Assembly (NCBI GenBank): GCA_950097015.1
Contig: CATNEN010000029.1
Span: 3,038,001 to 3,102,000, forward strand
Reading direction: 5' to 3'
Length of the DNA: 64,000 nucleotides
DNA from: Macrostomum hystrix
Lineage: Eukaryota; Animalia; Platyhelminthes
The notes under the pieces are model-generated. The model was not told the DNA's origin and did not search any database. It worked only from the letters and a program-made list of their open reading frames with translations. Made by a program: the position numbers and the translations under genes. How positions within the stretch are numbered: position 1 is the first letter of the stretch; every line of letters begins with the position of its first letter. This document shows positions 26,421 through 39,213 of this stretch, one piece after another.

Positions 26421-27117
26421 ATCATTTTAACTGTTTCTATGGGGTCAAGACTCGAACTGCGGACCTTCTCTTACTAAGACGTTCTGTTAAAATGAAATGG
26501 CAATCGGTCATTTATTTAGTTCCTATAATACAAATTCATAAAACATTTTCTAAAGCCTCTCTATTCGTTCATTCCCAATCTGCCCATAGCGCCTGCTCAA
26601 CGCTGGTTGGCTGAACTAAAAGCTGGACCTCAAATAGGGAGATGAGAAAACAGGACCAGCCAATGCTTGGCCTCACACTGTCTGTAGATAGCTGGTCCTG
26701 TGTCCAAAAGGCTAATATTTACTAGGCCCAGCATCGCCAGCATCGCCCACTCAAACCGCCACACTTCACTGACGGCAGAACGGTACAAGGATTGGCCTTC
26801 CTACATTCTATATAATCTATATAAATATAAAAATATTGTGACAACTTCACTGTTATAGTGAGAGCAGTGAGAACAGAACTGAGCGTGTTGGTGAGTTTTG
26901 TGTGCTCAGCCATGCCCGTCAGTCAGACAAGGATAAGTGCAACGATCGATTAACAAAAAACACTACTAAACTACACTACTCGCAACTCGCGTCACAGTTC
27001 GACCAGCTTCCTGATCTTGTCAGGCAGTAAAAACAGGCTCGGTTCAGGTCACTCACTGCCTCATGTAAGTCGTGCGATGCAGAACTCAAGTAAAACTAGA
27101 GTTTGGGCTGCTGTTAT

Positions 27118-28745
27118 GTGTGGGTCTCGCGAAGTTAATGATACTGAAGTGTGGGTCTCGCGAAGTTAATGATACTGAAGTGTGGGTCTCGCGAAGTTAA
27201 TGGTACTGAAGTGTGGGTCTCGCGAAGTTAATGGTACTGAAGTGTGGGTCTCGCGAAGTTAATGGTACTGAAGTGTGGGTCTCGCGAAGTTAATGATACT
27301 GAAGTGTGGGTCTCGCGAAGTTAATGATACTGAAGTGTGGGTCTCGCGAAGTTAATGATACTGAAGTGTGGGTCTCGCGAAGTTAATGGTACTGAAGTGT
27401 GGGTCTCGCGAAGTTAATGATACTGAAGTGTGGGTCTCGCGAAGTTAATGATACTGAAGTGTGGGTCTCGCGAAGTTAATGGTACTGAAGTGTGGGTCTC
27501 GCGAAGTTAATGATACTGAAGTGTGGGTCTCGCGAAGTTAATGATACTGAAGTGTGGGTCTCGCGAAGTTAATGGTACTGAAGTGTGGGTCTCGCGAAGT
27601 TAATGGTACTGAAGTGTGGGTCTCGCGAAGTTAATGATACTGAAGTGTGGGTCTCGCGAAGTTAATGATACTGAAGTGTGTGTCTCGCGAAGTTAATGAT
27701 ACTGAAGTGTGGGTCTCGCGAAGTTAATGATACTGAAGTGTGGGTCTCGCGAAGTTAATGATACTGAAGTGTGGGTCTCGCGAAGTTAATGATACTGAAG
27801 TGTGGGTCTCGCGAAGTTAATGATACTGAAGTGTGGGTCTCGCGAAGTTAATGATACTGAAGTGTGGGTCTCGCGAAGTTAATGATACTGAAGTGTGGGT
27901 CTCGCGAAGTTAATGATACTGAAGTGTGGGTCTCGCGAAGTTAATGATACTGAAGTGTGGGTCTCGCGAAGTTAATGATACTGAAGTGTGGGTCTCACGA
28001 AGTTAATGATACTGAAGTGTGGGTCTCGCGAAGTTAATGATACTGAAGTGTGGGTCTCGCGAAGTTAATGGTACTGAAGTGTGGGTCTCGCGAAGTTAAT
28101 GGTACTGAAGTGTGGGTCTCGCGAAGTTAATGATACTGAAGTGTGGGTCTCGCGAAGTTAATGGTACTGAAGTGTGGGTCTCGCGAAGTTAATGATACTG
28201 AAGTGTGGGTCTCGCGAAGTTAATGATACTGAAGTGTGGGTCTCGCGAAGTTAATGATACTGAAGTGTGGGTCTCGCGAAGTTAATGATACTGAAGTGTG
28301 TGTCTCGCGAAGTTAATGATACTGAAGTGTGGGTCTCGCGAAGTTAATGGTACTGAAGTGTGGGTCTCGCGAAGTTAATGGTACTGAAGTGTGGGTCTCG
28401 CGAAGTTAATGATACTGAAGTGTGGGTCTCGCGAAGTTAATGATACTGAAGTGTGGGTCTCGCGAAGTTAATGGTACTGAAGTGTGGGTCTCGCGAAGTT
28501 AATGATACTGAAGTGTGGGTCTCGCGAAGTTAATGATACTGAAGTGTGGGTCTCGCGAAGTTAATGGTACTGAAGTGTGGGTCTCGCGAAGTTAATGGTA
28601 CTGAAGTGTGGGTCTCGCGAAGTTAATGATACTGAAGTGTGGGTCTCGCGAAGTTAATGATACTGAAGTGTGGGTCTCGCGAAGTTAATGATACTGAAGT
28701 GTGGGTCTCGCGAAGTTAATGGTACTGAAGTGTGGGTCTCGTGAA
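27118..28745. repeat. 31-bp highly homogeneous minisatellite (~52 copies)
   Basis: Unit GTGTGGGTCTCGCGAAGTTAATG(A/G)TACTGAA. Confidence 0.97.
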
Positions 28746-29155
28746 GTGTGGGGTGGTGCAAGACATAAAAATATTCCTTTTCGTTTTTGAGCACGCATCT
28801 TGCTTGTAGTATCAGTTGCTGTTTTCTATTTTACTCAAACCAAACAGTTCAGCGCGCTACAGGCAAAATGATTTATTTGTTAGTAAGCTTGGATACACCA
28901 GAAAATGATTCATATTTCTCCAATCTATATTTTTATCTGATACAACGCCCACTCTCTCATTCCCACTTTGCCTCTGTAGCTACCTACGTACCTTATGCAC
29001 TTTTCGCAATCAAATAGCACAAATATTCATAGTGAAAACAAAATTATCCTCGGCAGTTTGAAACAAGGGACACGTGAAACTATTTAACTCTCTTACACTT
29101 TATAACTCCAAACTCTCTTAAAACAGCTCTTCCTTCTCACTACTGCTCTCTTCTA

Positions 29156-30250
29156 CTCACTCCACCTCTTACCCCCTCTCACCACCTCTTACCCCCTCAC
29201 TCCACCTCTTACCCCCTCTCACCACCTCTTACCCCCTCACTCCACCTCTTACCCCCCTCACTCCACCTCTTACCCCCTCTCACCACCTCTTACCCCCTCA
29301 CTCCACCTCTTACCCCCTCTCACCACCTCTTACCCCCTCACTCCACCTCTTACCCCCTCTCACCACCTCTTACCCCCTCACTCCACCTCTTACCCCCTCA
29401 CTCCACCTCTTACCCCCTCTCACCACCTCTTACCCCCTCACTCCACCTCTTACCCCCTCTCACCACCTCTTACCCCCTCACTCCACCTCTTACCCCCTCA
29501 CTCCACCTCTTACCCCCTCTCACCACCTCTTACCCCCTCTCACCACCTCTTACCCCCTCACTCCACCTCTTACCCCCTCACTCCACCTCTTACCCCCTCT
29601 CACCACCTCTTACCCCCTCACTCCACCTCTTACCCCCTCACTCCACCTCTTACCCCCTCTCACCACCTCTTACCCCCTCACTCCACCTCTTACCCCCTCA
29701 CTCCACCTCTTACCCCCTCTCACCACCTCTTACCCCCTCTCACCACCTCTTACCCCCTCACTCCACCTCTTACCCCCTCACTCCACCTCTTACCCCCTCT
29801 CACCACCTCTTACCCCCTCTCACCACCTCTTACCCTCTCACTCCACCTCTTACACTCTCACTCCAACTCTTACCCTCTCACTCCACCTCTTACCCTCTCA
29901 ATCCACCTCTTACCCTCTCACTCCACCTCTTACCCTCTCACTCCACCTCTTACCCCCTCACTCCACCTCTTACCCTCTTAATCCACCTCTTACCCTCTCA
30001 CTCCACCTCTTACCCTCTTAATCCACCTCTTACCCTCTTAATCCACCTCTTACCCTCTCACTCCACCTCTTACCCTCTTAATCCACCTCTTACCCTCTCA
30101 CTCCACCTCTTACCCTCTTAATCCACCTCTTACCCTCTCACTATACCTCTTACCCTCTTAATCCACATCTTACCCCCTCACTCCACCTCTTACCCCCTCA
30201 CTCCAGCTCTCACCCTCTCAATCCACTTCTCACCCCTCACTCCACCTCTC
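29156..30250. repeat. 20-bp C-rich minisatellite
   Basis: Units CTCCACCTCTTACCCCCTCA and CACCACCTCTTACCCCCTCT, drifting to TAATCCACC variants. Confidence 0.95.
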
Positions 30251-30789
30251 ATCCTCTTAATTCCATCGCCCTTTCTCCCTCGCTCACTATTGAGCAAAGT
30301 AATAACTCCAATCCTACACTGAAGTAACATCGTCGACCTCATAAATAAGATTGCCAGCCGCCAGTTGCCCAGTTCCTCTTGTTGACTTCTCTCCTCTATA
30401 ATTTCGTCAGTCTGGGGCCTACGTCCACACTTCCTCCCGATCTCATTTCTATGCCATTCTTTCAGCGCCTCGTTGCTTCCTCGCACTAAAAAAGCACATG
30501 ATGGGGCCGCAAAGCTCGCCCAAAAATCATCGGGAAAATATGGAGGGCACTGATTGATTGGGATATGAATTAGCGGCCTATTGCATTTTGCACAGCCCCT
30601 AGCAACAATAGGTTAGCTTGTGGGCGGCATTATTTTCTTAGAAAACTAAGCAGCGCGTGAGGTTAATCGCATTTACTCAAACGAACCCCATAGTAGAAGT
30701 ATGTGGACCGTGAGAAATCAATTTACATTTAGTTGCCATATTTTTGCATCATATATATATTTATTACTACTATGAATAGTGAAGTAATG

Positions 30790-31602
30790 CGGAATTGTCA
30801 ACAGACTAGAAAAACAAAGTCCATCAAAACGCACAGGGAGAACTTTGAGTCAGAGTTTCGAAGCCACTGGACTCAGAGGATGGGAAAATCAGCCAAGCTC
30901 AGCCACTTCTATTACACGTTTAAGAAAGATTTCTCCCGAGAAAAGTACCTAACAATAATCTCTAACCCAGAACAAAGGCGCACAATGTCCCGATTTCGTC
31001 TAGGAAACCACAAACTGGCCTGTGAGACATTGCGCACTGTAAGACCGAAAATCGCCTATGAAAACAGAACAAGTCCAAAATGTAGAGTCGAGGTAGAGAA
31101 CGAAACTCATATTCTCTTTAGATGCGATTGGTCCGTTTATGTTCCAATTAGAAATAAATTCATAGAGAAAGTAGCAGGAACTGTTCGAAATTTCGAAAGA
31201 ATAACAGCTGATGACAAAATTGTGTATTTAATGACCCAGGAAAGCACAGAATTAACAGAAAGGTTTGTGGACTTCATAGAAAGCATAATTAAAGCTAGAT
31301 AAAAGCCACTGCCCTGAGGCCCATAGTTAGAATGCGAAAACACAATAGTATTCTCCTTTCGGTCAGTTTTAATTTTCCCTTTAAATTTCAATATTTCATT
31401 TCTTGTTTTAATGCCTTTGTTTATTTCAAAAATTTGCTTTTTTTCAAATATTTTAATAACCTAAAATTACGCATGCTACTGTTTTCCTATCGCCTTCTCT
31501 TTAAAAAAAATCGATTTGTTTAACCTCAAACATAAAATAAACAAAAAAATCAGCACCCAATCGGCGTGCGCACCTCAATAATAATAATAATAATAATAAT
31601 AA
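30790..31602 (+). mobile_element. 5'-truncated non-LTR retrotransposon 3' end (RTEX-like; clade uncertain)
   Basis: ORF ends KLSHFYYTFKKDFSREKYL...RRTMSRFRLGNHKLACE...RTSPKCRVEVENETHILFRC..Y...R, the LINE C-terminal CCHC region with the first Cys replaced by Ser; TAG at 31300-31302; (AAT)n tail at 31577-31602. Confidence 0.8.
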
Positions 31603-31746
31603 CTCAAGCAGATTGAGTCAGGGATACAGAGGAAAAGTCTGGGTGGACTTTTCTTTTGGGATGATAAGCTTCTCATCTCCCTACAATAAATAATCCTACC
31701 GATAGCTATAGTGGCTGACTGTGATTATTGCAAGCTGTGATTTCGT

Positions 31747-32040
31747 GGGGAGCGGTAGCCTAGTGGCTTAGAGCGTCGGACTCAATAATGGAAGGTCGAG
31801 AGTTCGAATCCAGACTCCAATGGATACGACAATAAACGCTGCGTTGCTTTAGTTCACACAGCAGTTAAATGGGTACCAGCATCAGCTGGGGTAATTGAGG
31901 GTGGGTGTGGCGTCCCCCCAGTCCATGGACTGAACAACCGTACGCAGGCTTCAGATGCGCCGCGCATTAGCTGCGGCTGTGCTGTCGGCTGCACATCTGG
32001 CCCAATTGGGGCAGGTGTAATCAATAATTAATTATTTATT
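31747..32040 (+). mobile_element. tRNA-derived SINE family B
   Basis: A box TAGCCTAGTGG (31756-31766), B box GTTCGAATCC (31802-31811), central CACACAGCAGTTAAATGGGTACC, AT-rich tail. Confidence 0.75.
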
Positions 32041-33260
32041 AGTGTGAAATCCAGCATTTTAGTGCGAAAAAAGTGAAAAGTTCCTATTCCGCTAGTGTAT
32101 TTTCCATGAAAATCTGCCTTTCGTAAATTTTCCAAGAAACGAAGTGTCTCGTCCTTCTAGTGGTCTTTGTCGTTTGTTGTTTTTTATCTATGGCTAAAAC
32201 AGTTTAACTTCTAGCCAATGAAAAGTATCAGCGGCCCCTGGATTGCTAGACAGACGATTGTCCGAGAATGATAGAACCACTGTGAGATGAAGTCTATTTT
32301 GAGATGGTTGAAAATAACCAACATGATTACTGAGCGTGGCATCCATTTTTTGTTGTGCTGTAGCAGCCAAAAAGTGAAGTATTAAGCCCAGTTACCAGTA
32401 AGACTTGCGACTAGAGAAAGTTTCGGAGCTGTTTAGATGGGGAAAAGAAAATGAGCGAAAGCGACATGGACAAAAAAGAAGTGCTGCCGCTGCACCGCGT
32501 GGCCTGAGGGGACAGGGAGGGAGAGAGAGGCAGAGAGGCAGAGACAGAAAACGGCTGCAGAGAGAAAAAAAATTCGTCTACATTTTCCGCTAAATATCCC
32601 AGCCGCTCCAGCGGGGTGGGGTGGATGGGACCCTAACCAAACTGGCGGGCAAGATAGAAGCCATCCCAGTCTCAGGCTGAAATACTGGCCCGCGATGCGG
32701 CGAAAGTGATGGAGCGATTGAGAAAGAGAGAAAGAGAGAGACGGTGCAAAGAGACTGCGGGACAGAATGTCCTCTATCCCACAGATGTGACGCGTTTCGC
32801 TGCTGTTAGCGGGCTGAGCTTTTGTAGACTGAAATATAGAGACAGAGAAAGTGCTTTCTTGAATTGAATTGACTTGAATTGATCAATATCGTTTCTGTTT
32901 TTGATAGCTTATTCGCATTTAGATTGTTAATGCAGATCAGGTAAACTGATCTGAAACCTAATGATTACCTTAATCCCACCAAAATTAATTGTTTCAATTT
33001 TCTTCCCAATGGGATTACGGATAAGGAAAGAGCACAGTTTCATTCCAACTGTTATGTTCTTGAAATGTCCTTTCTTCATTTACTAGATCTGCTTTCGAAC
33101 TTATTTGTTACTTGGCTTTATTAAAAATTTATTAGCTTGAACTTCAGCTGAAATCAATCTAATCGATTTTTATCAGAATAAACTAAGTTTTGCCAACTAA
33201 CTTATAGGCTATGCGGACTAATGGAAAGGCGAGACAGGGATAAATGAGGCAGGGCAGGGA

Positions 33261-33578
33261 TAAGACAGGGGAGGGATGAGACAGGGGAGGGATGAGACAG
33301 GGGAGGGATGAGACAGGGGAGGGATGAGACAGGGAGAGATGAGACAGGGGAGGGATGAGACAGGGGAGGGATGAGACAGGGGAGGGATGAGACAGGGGAG
33401 TGATGAGACAGGGGAGAGATGAGACAGGGGAGTGATGAGACAGGGGAGTGATGAGACAGGGGAGAGATGAGACAGGGGAGAGATGAGACAGGGGAGAGAT
33501 GAGACAGGGGAGAGATGAGACAGGGGAGAGATGAGACAGGGGAGAGATGAGACAGGGGAAAGATGAGACAGGGGAGAG
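33261..33578. repeat. 16-bp purine-rich minisatellite
   Basis: Unit GAGACAGGGGAG(G/A/T)GAT. Confidence 0.94.
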
Positions 33579-34243
33579 AAGATTTAGGGGAGGGATGAAA
33601 CAGGAGTGAGTAGGTGTTGGAAGGAGTCATGAGCAGGATGTCGGAGCTGTCTCAGCCGCATCAGTTATGAGAGCAGAGGTTGCCGACACCGGCACAAGAC
33701 CTTAAGCAAGATTAGTTTAAGCAAGAGTTATTATAGGCAGCTTGAGCTGTTTGCCAGTTAAGCCACAAAGTAAAAACTGGCTAGAGGGAGGTGAGATAGG
33801 ACACGCGGAGACAAGCTGGAACTGAGCCAACCGTGGTGCAAGTTCGCAAGGCTTTGACTTCTGTATCCAGGCTAGTGTTGTCCCAGCCAGTCCTTCTGTT
33901 GCACCCGTTCGCCTGTCGGATGGCGTGTATCATTTTCAAAGCCGGAAAATCCCTCTTCCTGGGGGCCTGAGCAGAGTACAAACTACTTTCGCCCCCCCCC
34001 TCCCGGCTCATGATTTAGTTGTCAAGGCGAGGCATAAATCAGTGTGCGATGGATAATGCGAGTTCTGTATACCTCTTCCAACATGTTCTAACAGTAGAAA
34101 GACCTCGCTATTCCACCTCCTGGGGAAATACCAAATACCAAAGGGCAACTAACATTGCTTTGTACTACGTATATATTCTATGGCGAATTCATGTTTGCTC
34201 ATAGCAGTAGGACTGCTAAGCCATTTTGCCGCCCGTTTTTACA

Positions 34244-34801
34244 CCAAGGGGGGGGGGAAATCCCCCCCTGACAATTTGTTTTGGCAGCGCCCGAATGCCA
34301 ACAGCGTTGGGTGGTGACTGATTGGTTGACAGACTAGGCGATGGTGTCCTGTGGTTGAGCTGCGCCTAATATTTTGGCTTGAGCATTGAAATTTGAGAAA
34401 TTCGCGTCAGGGTGTCCACAGTAGCTTAGTTCCACCTGTTGTAGCCCTTGAAGGTCCAGCAGTCCGTCTAGATAAAGGTAGGTGACCACCGAAGACGGAG
34501 ATGATGCAGGCACACTCGGGTGACATGCTGATGAATTTTGAAGGCCTGGCAAGGCCGCACTGAGGCGCAGTGCTAATTCGTGTATAGGGGAGTATGAAAT
34601 ACACTAGCTCTTATGGGAAAAATCTGACCTTCGGCCAGAAACATTGAATATCTCGACGGTCTGAAGAGCTGGCGACTTGTTTCTTGTTTCAGAAGATGCG
34701 CTACAAAAATTTGGCCCGTGTTCTTGAGTTTCGTGTGCTTGCATTGTTCCGTTCGGGTGCAGCAAAAAAAATTGTCAGGGGGGAAATTCCCCCCCCCTGG
34801 T
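34244..34801. mobile_element. Non-autonomous TIR element (MITE-like) with ~50-bp imperfect TIRs
   Basis: Left CCAAG(G)nAAATCCCCCCCTGACAATTTGTTTTGGCAGCGCCCGAAT is the reverse complement of right GTTCGGGTGCAGCAAAAAAAATTGTCAGGGGGGAAATT(C)nTGG; TSD not resolved. Confidence 0.7.
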
Positions 34802-35353
34802 AGTTCTACTGTTAATGTCACTATTAACAGTATAATAATCAATAAAATATAATTAGGAATAATAGCCAGCGTGATTACTTTATGAAATTTCGAAAGCAGC
34901 GAAAATTATCCCTAAATTTTTTATCTCGTGTTCCGGATATTCATGGCGACAGAAAAAAATGTGTGTATTTGAAATAACATCAAATGTTTATAAAATATAC
35001 GGAATTCAAACCAAATTAAAGAGAAAAATTGTTTTGTTAAAAAATGTTTAATACTTCTATTCTGAATCAAAAATGCAACAAAAATCTTTATTAGATGCAA
35101 AATATAAATGAAGACCTAAAAGTACACATGCTTTAGAAAACATGGCCTATACCCAGCAAGAATCTGTTGGAAGACTTCAAAATTCTCAGCTGGGCTGGAT
35201 GCTCATTGCTTTTAGTTGACAGAAACCTTTTCAAATCTCAAAATATAGGCAAGCATTGATAAATGCCACACGACTGTTCGAAACATAATTTACGAGACTT
35301 TTTCTTGGATGTGTGATCTCTCCACGGACCTAAAATCAGTGAAATCTAAAATA

Positions 35354-35765
35354 TGTCCACCTAATCTGCAATCTGTCCACCTAATCTGTCCACCTAATCT
35401 GTCCACCTAATCTACAATCTGTCCACCTAATCTAAAACCTGTCCACCTAATCTAAATCTGTCCACCTAATCTGTCCACCTAATCTAAAATCTGTTCACCT
35501 AATCTACAATCTGTCCACATAATCTACACTCTGTCCACCTAATCTGTCCACCTAATTTACAATCTGTTCACCTAATCTGCAATCTGTCCACCTAATCTAC
35601 AATCTGTTCACCTAATCTACACTCTGTTCACCTAATCTACAATCTGTCCACCTAATCTAAAACCTGTCCACCTAATCTAAATCTGTCCACCTAATCTGTC
35701 CACCTAATCTAAAATCTGTTCACCTAATCTACAATCTGCCCACCTAATCTACAATCTGCCCACCT
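35354..35765. repeat. 10/20-bp repeat directly upstream of PKG exon 1a
   Basis: Unit CTAATCT(ACAATCT)GTCCAC. Confidence 0.9.
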
Positions 35766-35804
35766 GTCAACCTACAAATCATTCCCTCCAAACCAACCTG
35801 CAGG

Positions 35805-36202
35805 ATGTCAACGGATCAAAAGACAAGCGAGGAGGCAGCATTCAATGACTGCGCCACGGAGCTTCGCGAACAATTGGACGAGCTGCGGCGCAGCCTTCTG
35901 GCTCGCGAAGATCAGCTGGCTGAGCTGACCCAGCAGGTGGGCGATCTGAAATCGCAGGTGCGAGTGAAGGATCGCCGAATTGCCGATCTTCTGTCGCAGG
36001 TGGACAAATATCAGTCTGTCTTCAACAGCACCGGAGCGCCAATTAGCGACGGAGCTGGCGATGTCAGCGGCGGCGGCTTCAGCGGGAGCAATAGCGGCAA
36101 TAGAACGCGTCGAAGTCGGGGAGTTGGAATTTCGGCCGAGCCGCAGAACGAGCTCATTGTGTCCCAGATGTCAACTGGGAAGATTTTTCACAAAGACGCC
36201 GG
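35805..36202 (+). CDS. PRKG1: cGMP-dependent protein kinase, alternative first exon 1a
   Basis: Leucine zipper (LREQLDELRRSL...LLSQVDKYQSVF) plus pseudosubstrate RSRGVGISAEPQ; GG|GTGAG phase-2 donor compatible with exon 2; spliced product 714 aa. Confidence 0.85.
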
Positions 36203-36251
36203 GTGAGCTCTCATTTTGGAGTCTTTGTGAAACCTGAGCCTATAAAGATAA

Positions 36252-36770
36252 GATTCTTGAGCCTCTTTTGCTTGCTGCGATTCTAGAGCCTCTATTGCTT
36301 GCTGCGATTCTAGAGCCTCTATTGCTTGCTGCGGTTCTAGAGCCTCTATTGCTTGCTGCGATTCTAGAGCCTCTATTGCTTGCTGCGATTCTAGAGCCTC
36401 TATTGCTTGCTGCGATTCTAGAGCCTCTATTGCTTGCTGCGATTCTAGAGCCTCTATTGCTTGCTGCAATTCTCGAGCCTCTATTGCTTGCTGCGATTCT
36501 AGAGCCTCTATTGCTTGCTGCGATTCTAGAGCCTCTATTGCTTGCTGCGATTCTAGAGCCTCTATTGCTTGCTGCGATTCTAGAGCCTCTATTGCTTGCT
36601 GCGATTCTAGAGCCTCTATTGCTTGCTGCGATTCTAGAGCCTCTATTGCTTGCTGCAATTCTAGAGCCTCTATTGCTTGCTGCGATTCTGGAGCCTCTAT
36701 TGCTTGCTGCGATTCTAGAGCCTCTATTGCTTGCTGCGATTCTAGAGCCTCTATTGCTTGCTGCGATTCT
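36252..36770. repeat. 27-bp minisatellite in PKG intron 1a
   Basis: Unit CTAGAGCCTCTATTGCTTGCTGCGATT, ~19 copies. Confidence 0.96.
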
Positions 36771-37154
36771 GGCTAAAATGCTGCTGCGATTCTTGCTTGA
36801 TTTTTGTCTGTGATTCAGTTTTATAAGCTCAAATTTCAAGCAAGATTTATTTTTATCAGTGCGCCTTCAGTTAAACTTTAAAGTTGAATAAGTTTATGCT
36901 TCTTTTCCAAAACTGACTACTCTTAAGTAGCATAAATAGCAAATTGTTAGTTAGCGACAGCTTACTAATTTTACATCTTAGGATTAACTGAGATGATTGC
37001 TTTCAGAATACTAAATTCACATATTTTCAATTTTCTAAAATATATTTTTATTTAATTATTCAAAGCATACTCGCGTTCCCAGTTCTGTTTTCTTGTCTTG
37101 TTGCTATCGATCCTGCAATCGATTCCATTCAAATAGCTATGATTTCTGACTCTG

Positions 37155-37770
37155 GCTGCAGTTCTTGCTGCGATTCTTGCTGCAGTTCTTGCTGCGATTC
37201 TTGCTGCAGTTCTTGCTGCGATTCTAGCTGAGATTCTTTCTGCGTTTCTAGCTACTGAGCTTGCTGCGATCCTAGCTACAGTTCTTGCTGCGATTCTAGC
37301 TACAGTTCTTGCTGCGATCCTAGCTACAATTCTTGCTGCGATTCCAGCTACAATTCTTGCTATGATTCTAGCTAAAATTGCTGCGATTCTAGCTAAAAGC
37401 TATGATTTCTGACTCTGGCTGCAGTTCTTGCTGCGTTTCTTGCTGCAGTTCTTGCTGCGATTCGAGCTACAATTTTTGCTACGATTCCAGCAACAGTTCT
37501 TGTTGCGATTCTAGCTGAGATTCTTTCTGCGCTTCTTGCAACTGATCTTGCTACGATTCTAGCTACAGTTCTTGCTACGATTCTAGCTGCAGTTCTTGCT
37601 GCGATTCTAGCTGCAGTTCTTGCTGCGATTCTAGCTGCAGTTCTTGCTGCGATTCTAGCTGCATTTCTTGCTACGATTCTAGCTACTGTTCTTGCTGCGA
37701 TTCTAGCTGCAGTTCTTTCTGCGATTCTAGCTGCAGTTCTTGCTACGATTCTAGCTACAGTTCTTAGCTG
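37155..37770. repeat. 12/24-bp minisatellite, left arm of an inverted pair
   Basis: Unit TTCTTGCTGCGATTCTAGCTGCAG. Confidence 0.92.
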
Positions 37771-38180
37771 CACTTTTCGAGTATCAGAAGACTGGCTGCC
37801 TATCTTGCAGCCAGATGTCCGACTCGGTCGCAATGTGGATATTGTGTTTCACCCTTGAAGCTATTCGGGGTGAAGTGCCCTGCCCAAATTTATTCTTTTC
37901 CCTCGGTAAGCGCGTTGGCCATTGTGAGTAGAGACTATTCTAAGCTTTATTCAATGGGCTGCAGCAGAGCAGGTCCTGAGTTATCGATAGTCTAAGTTGA
38001 GTTTGTGCGCACTTGTCCAACTACTAAGGTAAATACATTTACCCATCCAATCGATAGATAAGCAAAAATAGGTACACAAGCAAACAAAACAGTTTGCTAG
38101 TTAGAACACAGGTCTACATTAATTAAAACCTAGAATCGTCAATAATGAATTATTCTATTATATTATTAATGAAAGATCTG

Positions 38181-38855
38181 TAGCTAGCAAGCTCAGTAGC
38201 TAGAATCGCAGCAAGAACTGCAGCTAGAATAGAAGCAAGAGCTGCAGTTAGAATCGCAGCAAGAGCTGCATCTAGAATCGCAGCAAGAACTGCAGCTAGA
38301 ATAGAAGCAAGAGCTGCAGTTAGAATCGCAGCAAGAGCTGCATCTAGAATCGCAGCAAGAACTGCAGCTAGAATAGAAGCAAGAGCTGCAGTTAGAATCG
38401 CAGCAAGAGCTGCATCTAGAATCGCAGCAAGAACTGCAGCTAGAATAGAAGCAAGAGCTGCATCTAGAATCGCAGCAAGAACTGCAGCTAGAATAGAAGC
38501 AAGAGCTGCAACTAGAATCGCAGCAAGAGCTGCAGCTAGAATCGCAGCAAGAACTGCAGTTAGAATCTCAGCAAGAACTGCAGCTAGAATCGCAGCAAGA
38601 ACTGCAGCTAGAATCGCAGCAATAACTGCAGCTAGAATCGCAGCAAGCTCAGTAGCTAGAATCGCAGCAAGCTCATTAGCTAGAATCGCAGCAAGAACTG
38701 CAGCTAGAATCGCAGCAAGCTCAGTAGCTAGAATCGCAGCAAGCTCATTAGCTAGAATCGCAGCAAGAACTGCAGCTAGAATCGCAGCAAGCTCAGTAGC
38801 TAGAATCGCAGCAAGCTCATTAGCTAGAATCGCAGCAAGAGCTTCAGCTAGAATC
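38181..38855. repeat. 24-bp minisatellite, right arm of an inverted pair
   Basis: Unit CTGCAGCTAGAATCGCAGCAAGAA, the exact reverse complement of the 37155 unit. Confidence 0.92.
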
Positions 38856-39213
38856 AAAGCGAGAAATTAATATTTGCGTATATTCTAGAAAACCCCAACT
38901 TGCCTAGGCCCTTCTGCTCTCGCAGATATCACAAGCTCTAGTCCTGATGGCTAAGGAGATTGAAATCTGTCAATCCGATCATTTGGCCAGCCTCTCCTGA
39001 GATAATTCGCGCCCAAGTCCAAGTGTTAATCCCTTAAATCTCTACGGCTTTCGTTTCCATGTGCTCAGCTCAGCGTGAGACCTGGAACACCTGCCGGCCT
39101 TGACCTCACGGAGTTTTTTTCTGATAGAATCGGATTTCTTGGAGAAAAAACTCTCAGTTTTTCGCATTTTTTCCGAACATGTCCTTTTGGGATTGATAAA
39201 CCCCAAATCAATC

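Noticed and set aside
27118-28745. CRISPR-like appearance of 31-33-bp arrays (also 39214 and 58063)
   Set aside because: Units are contiguous with no unique spacers, there are no cas genes, and the context is eukaryotic
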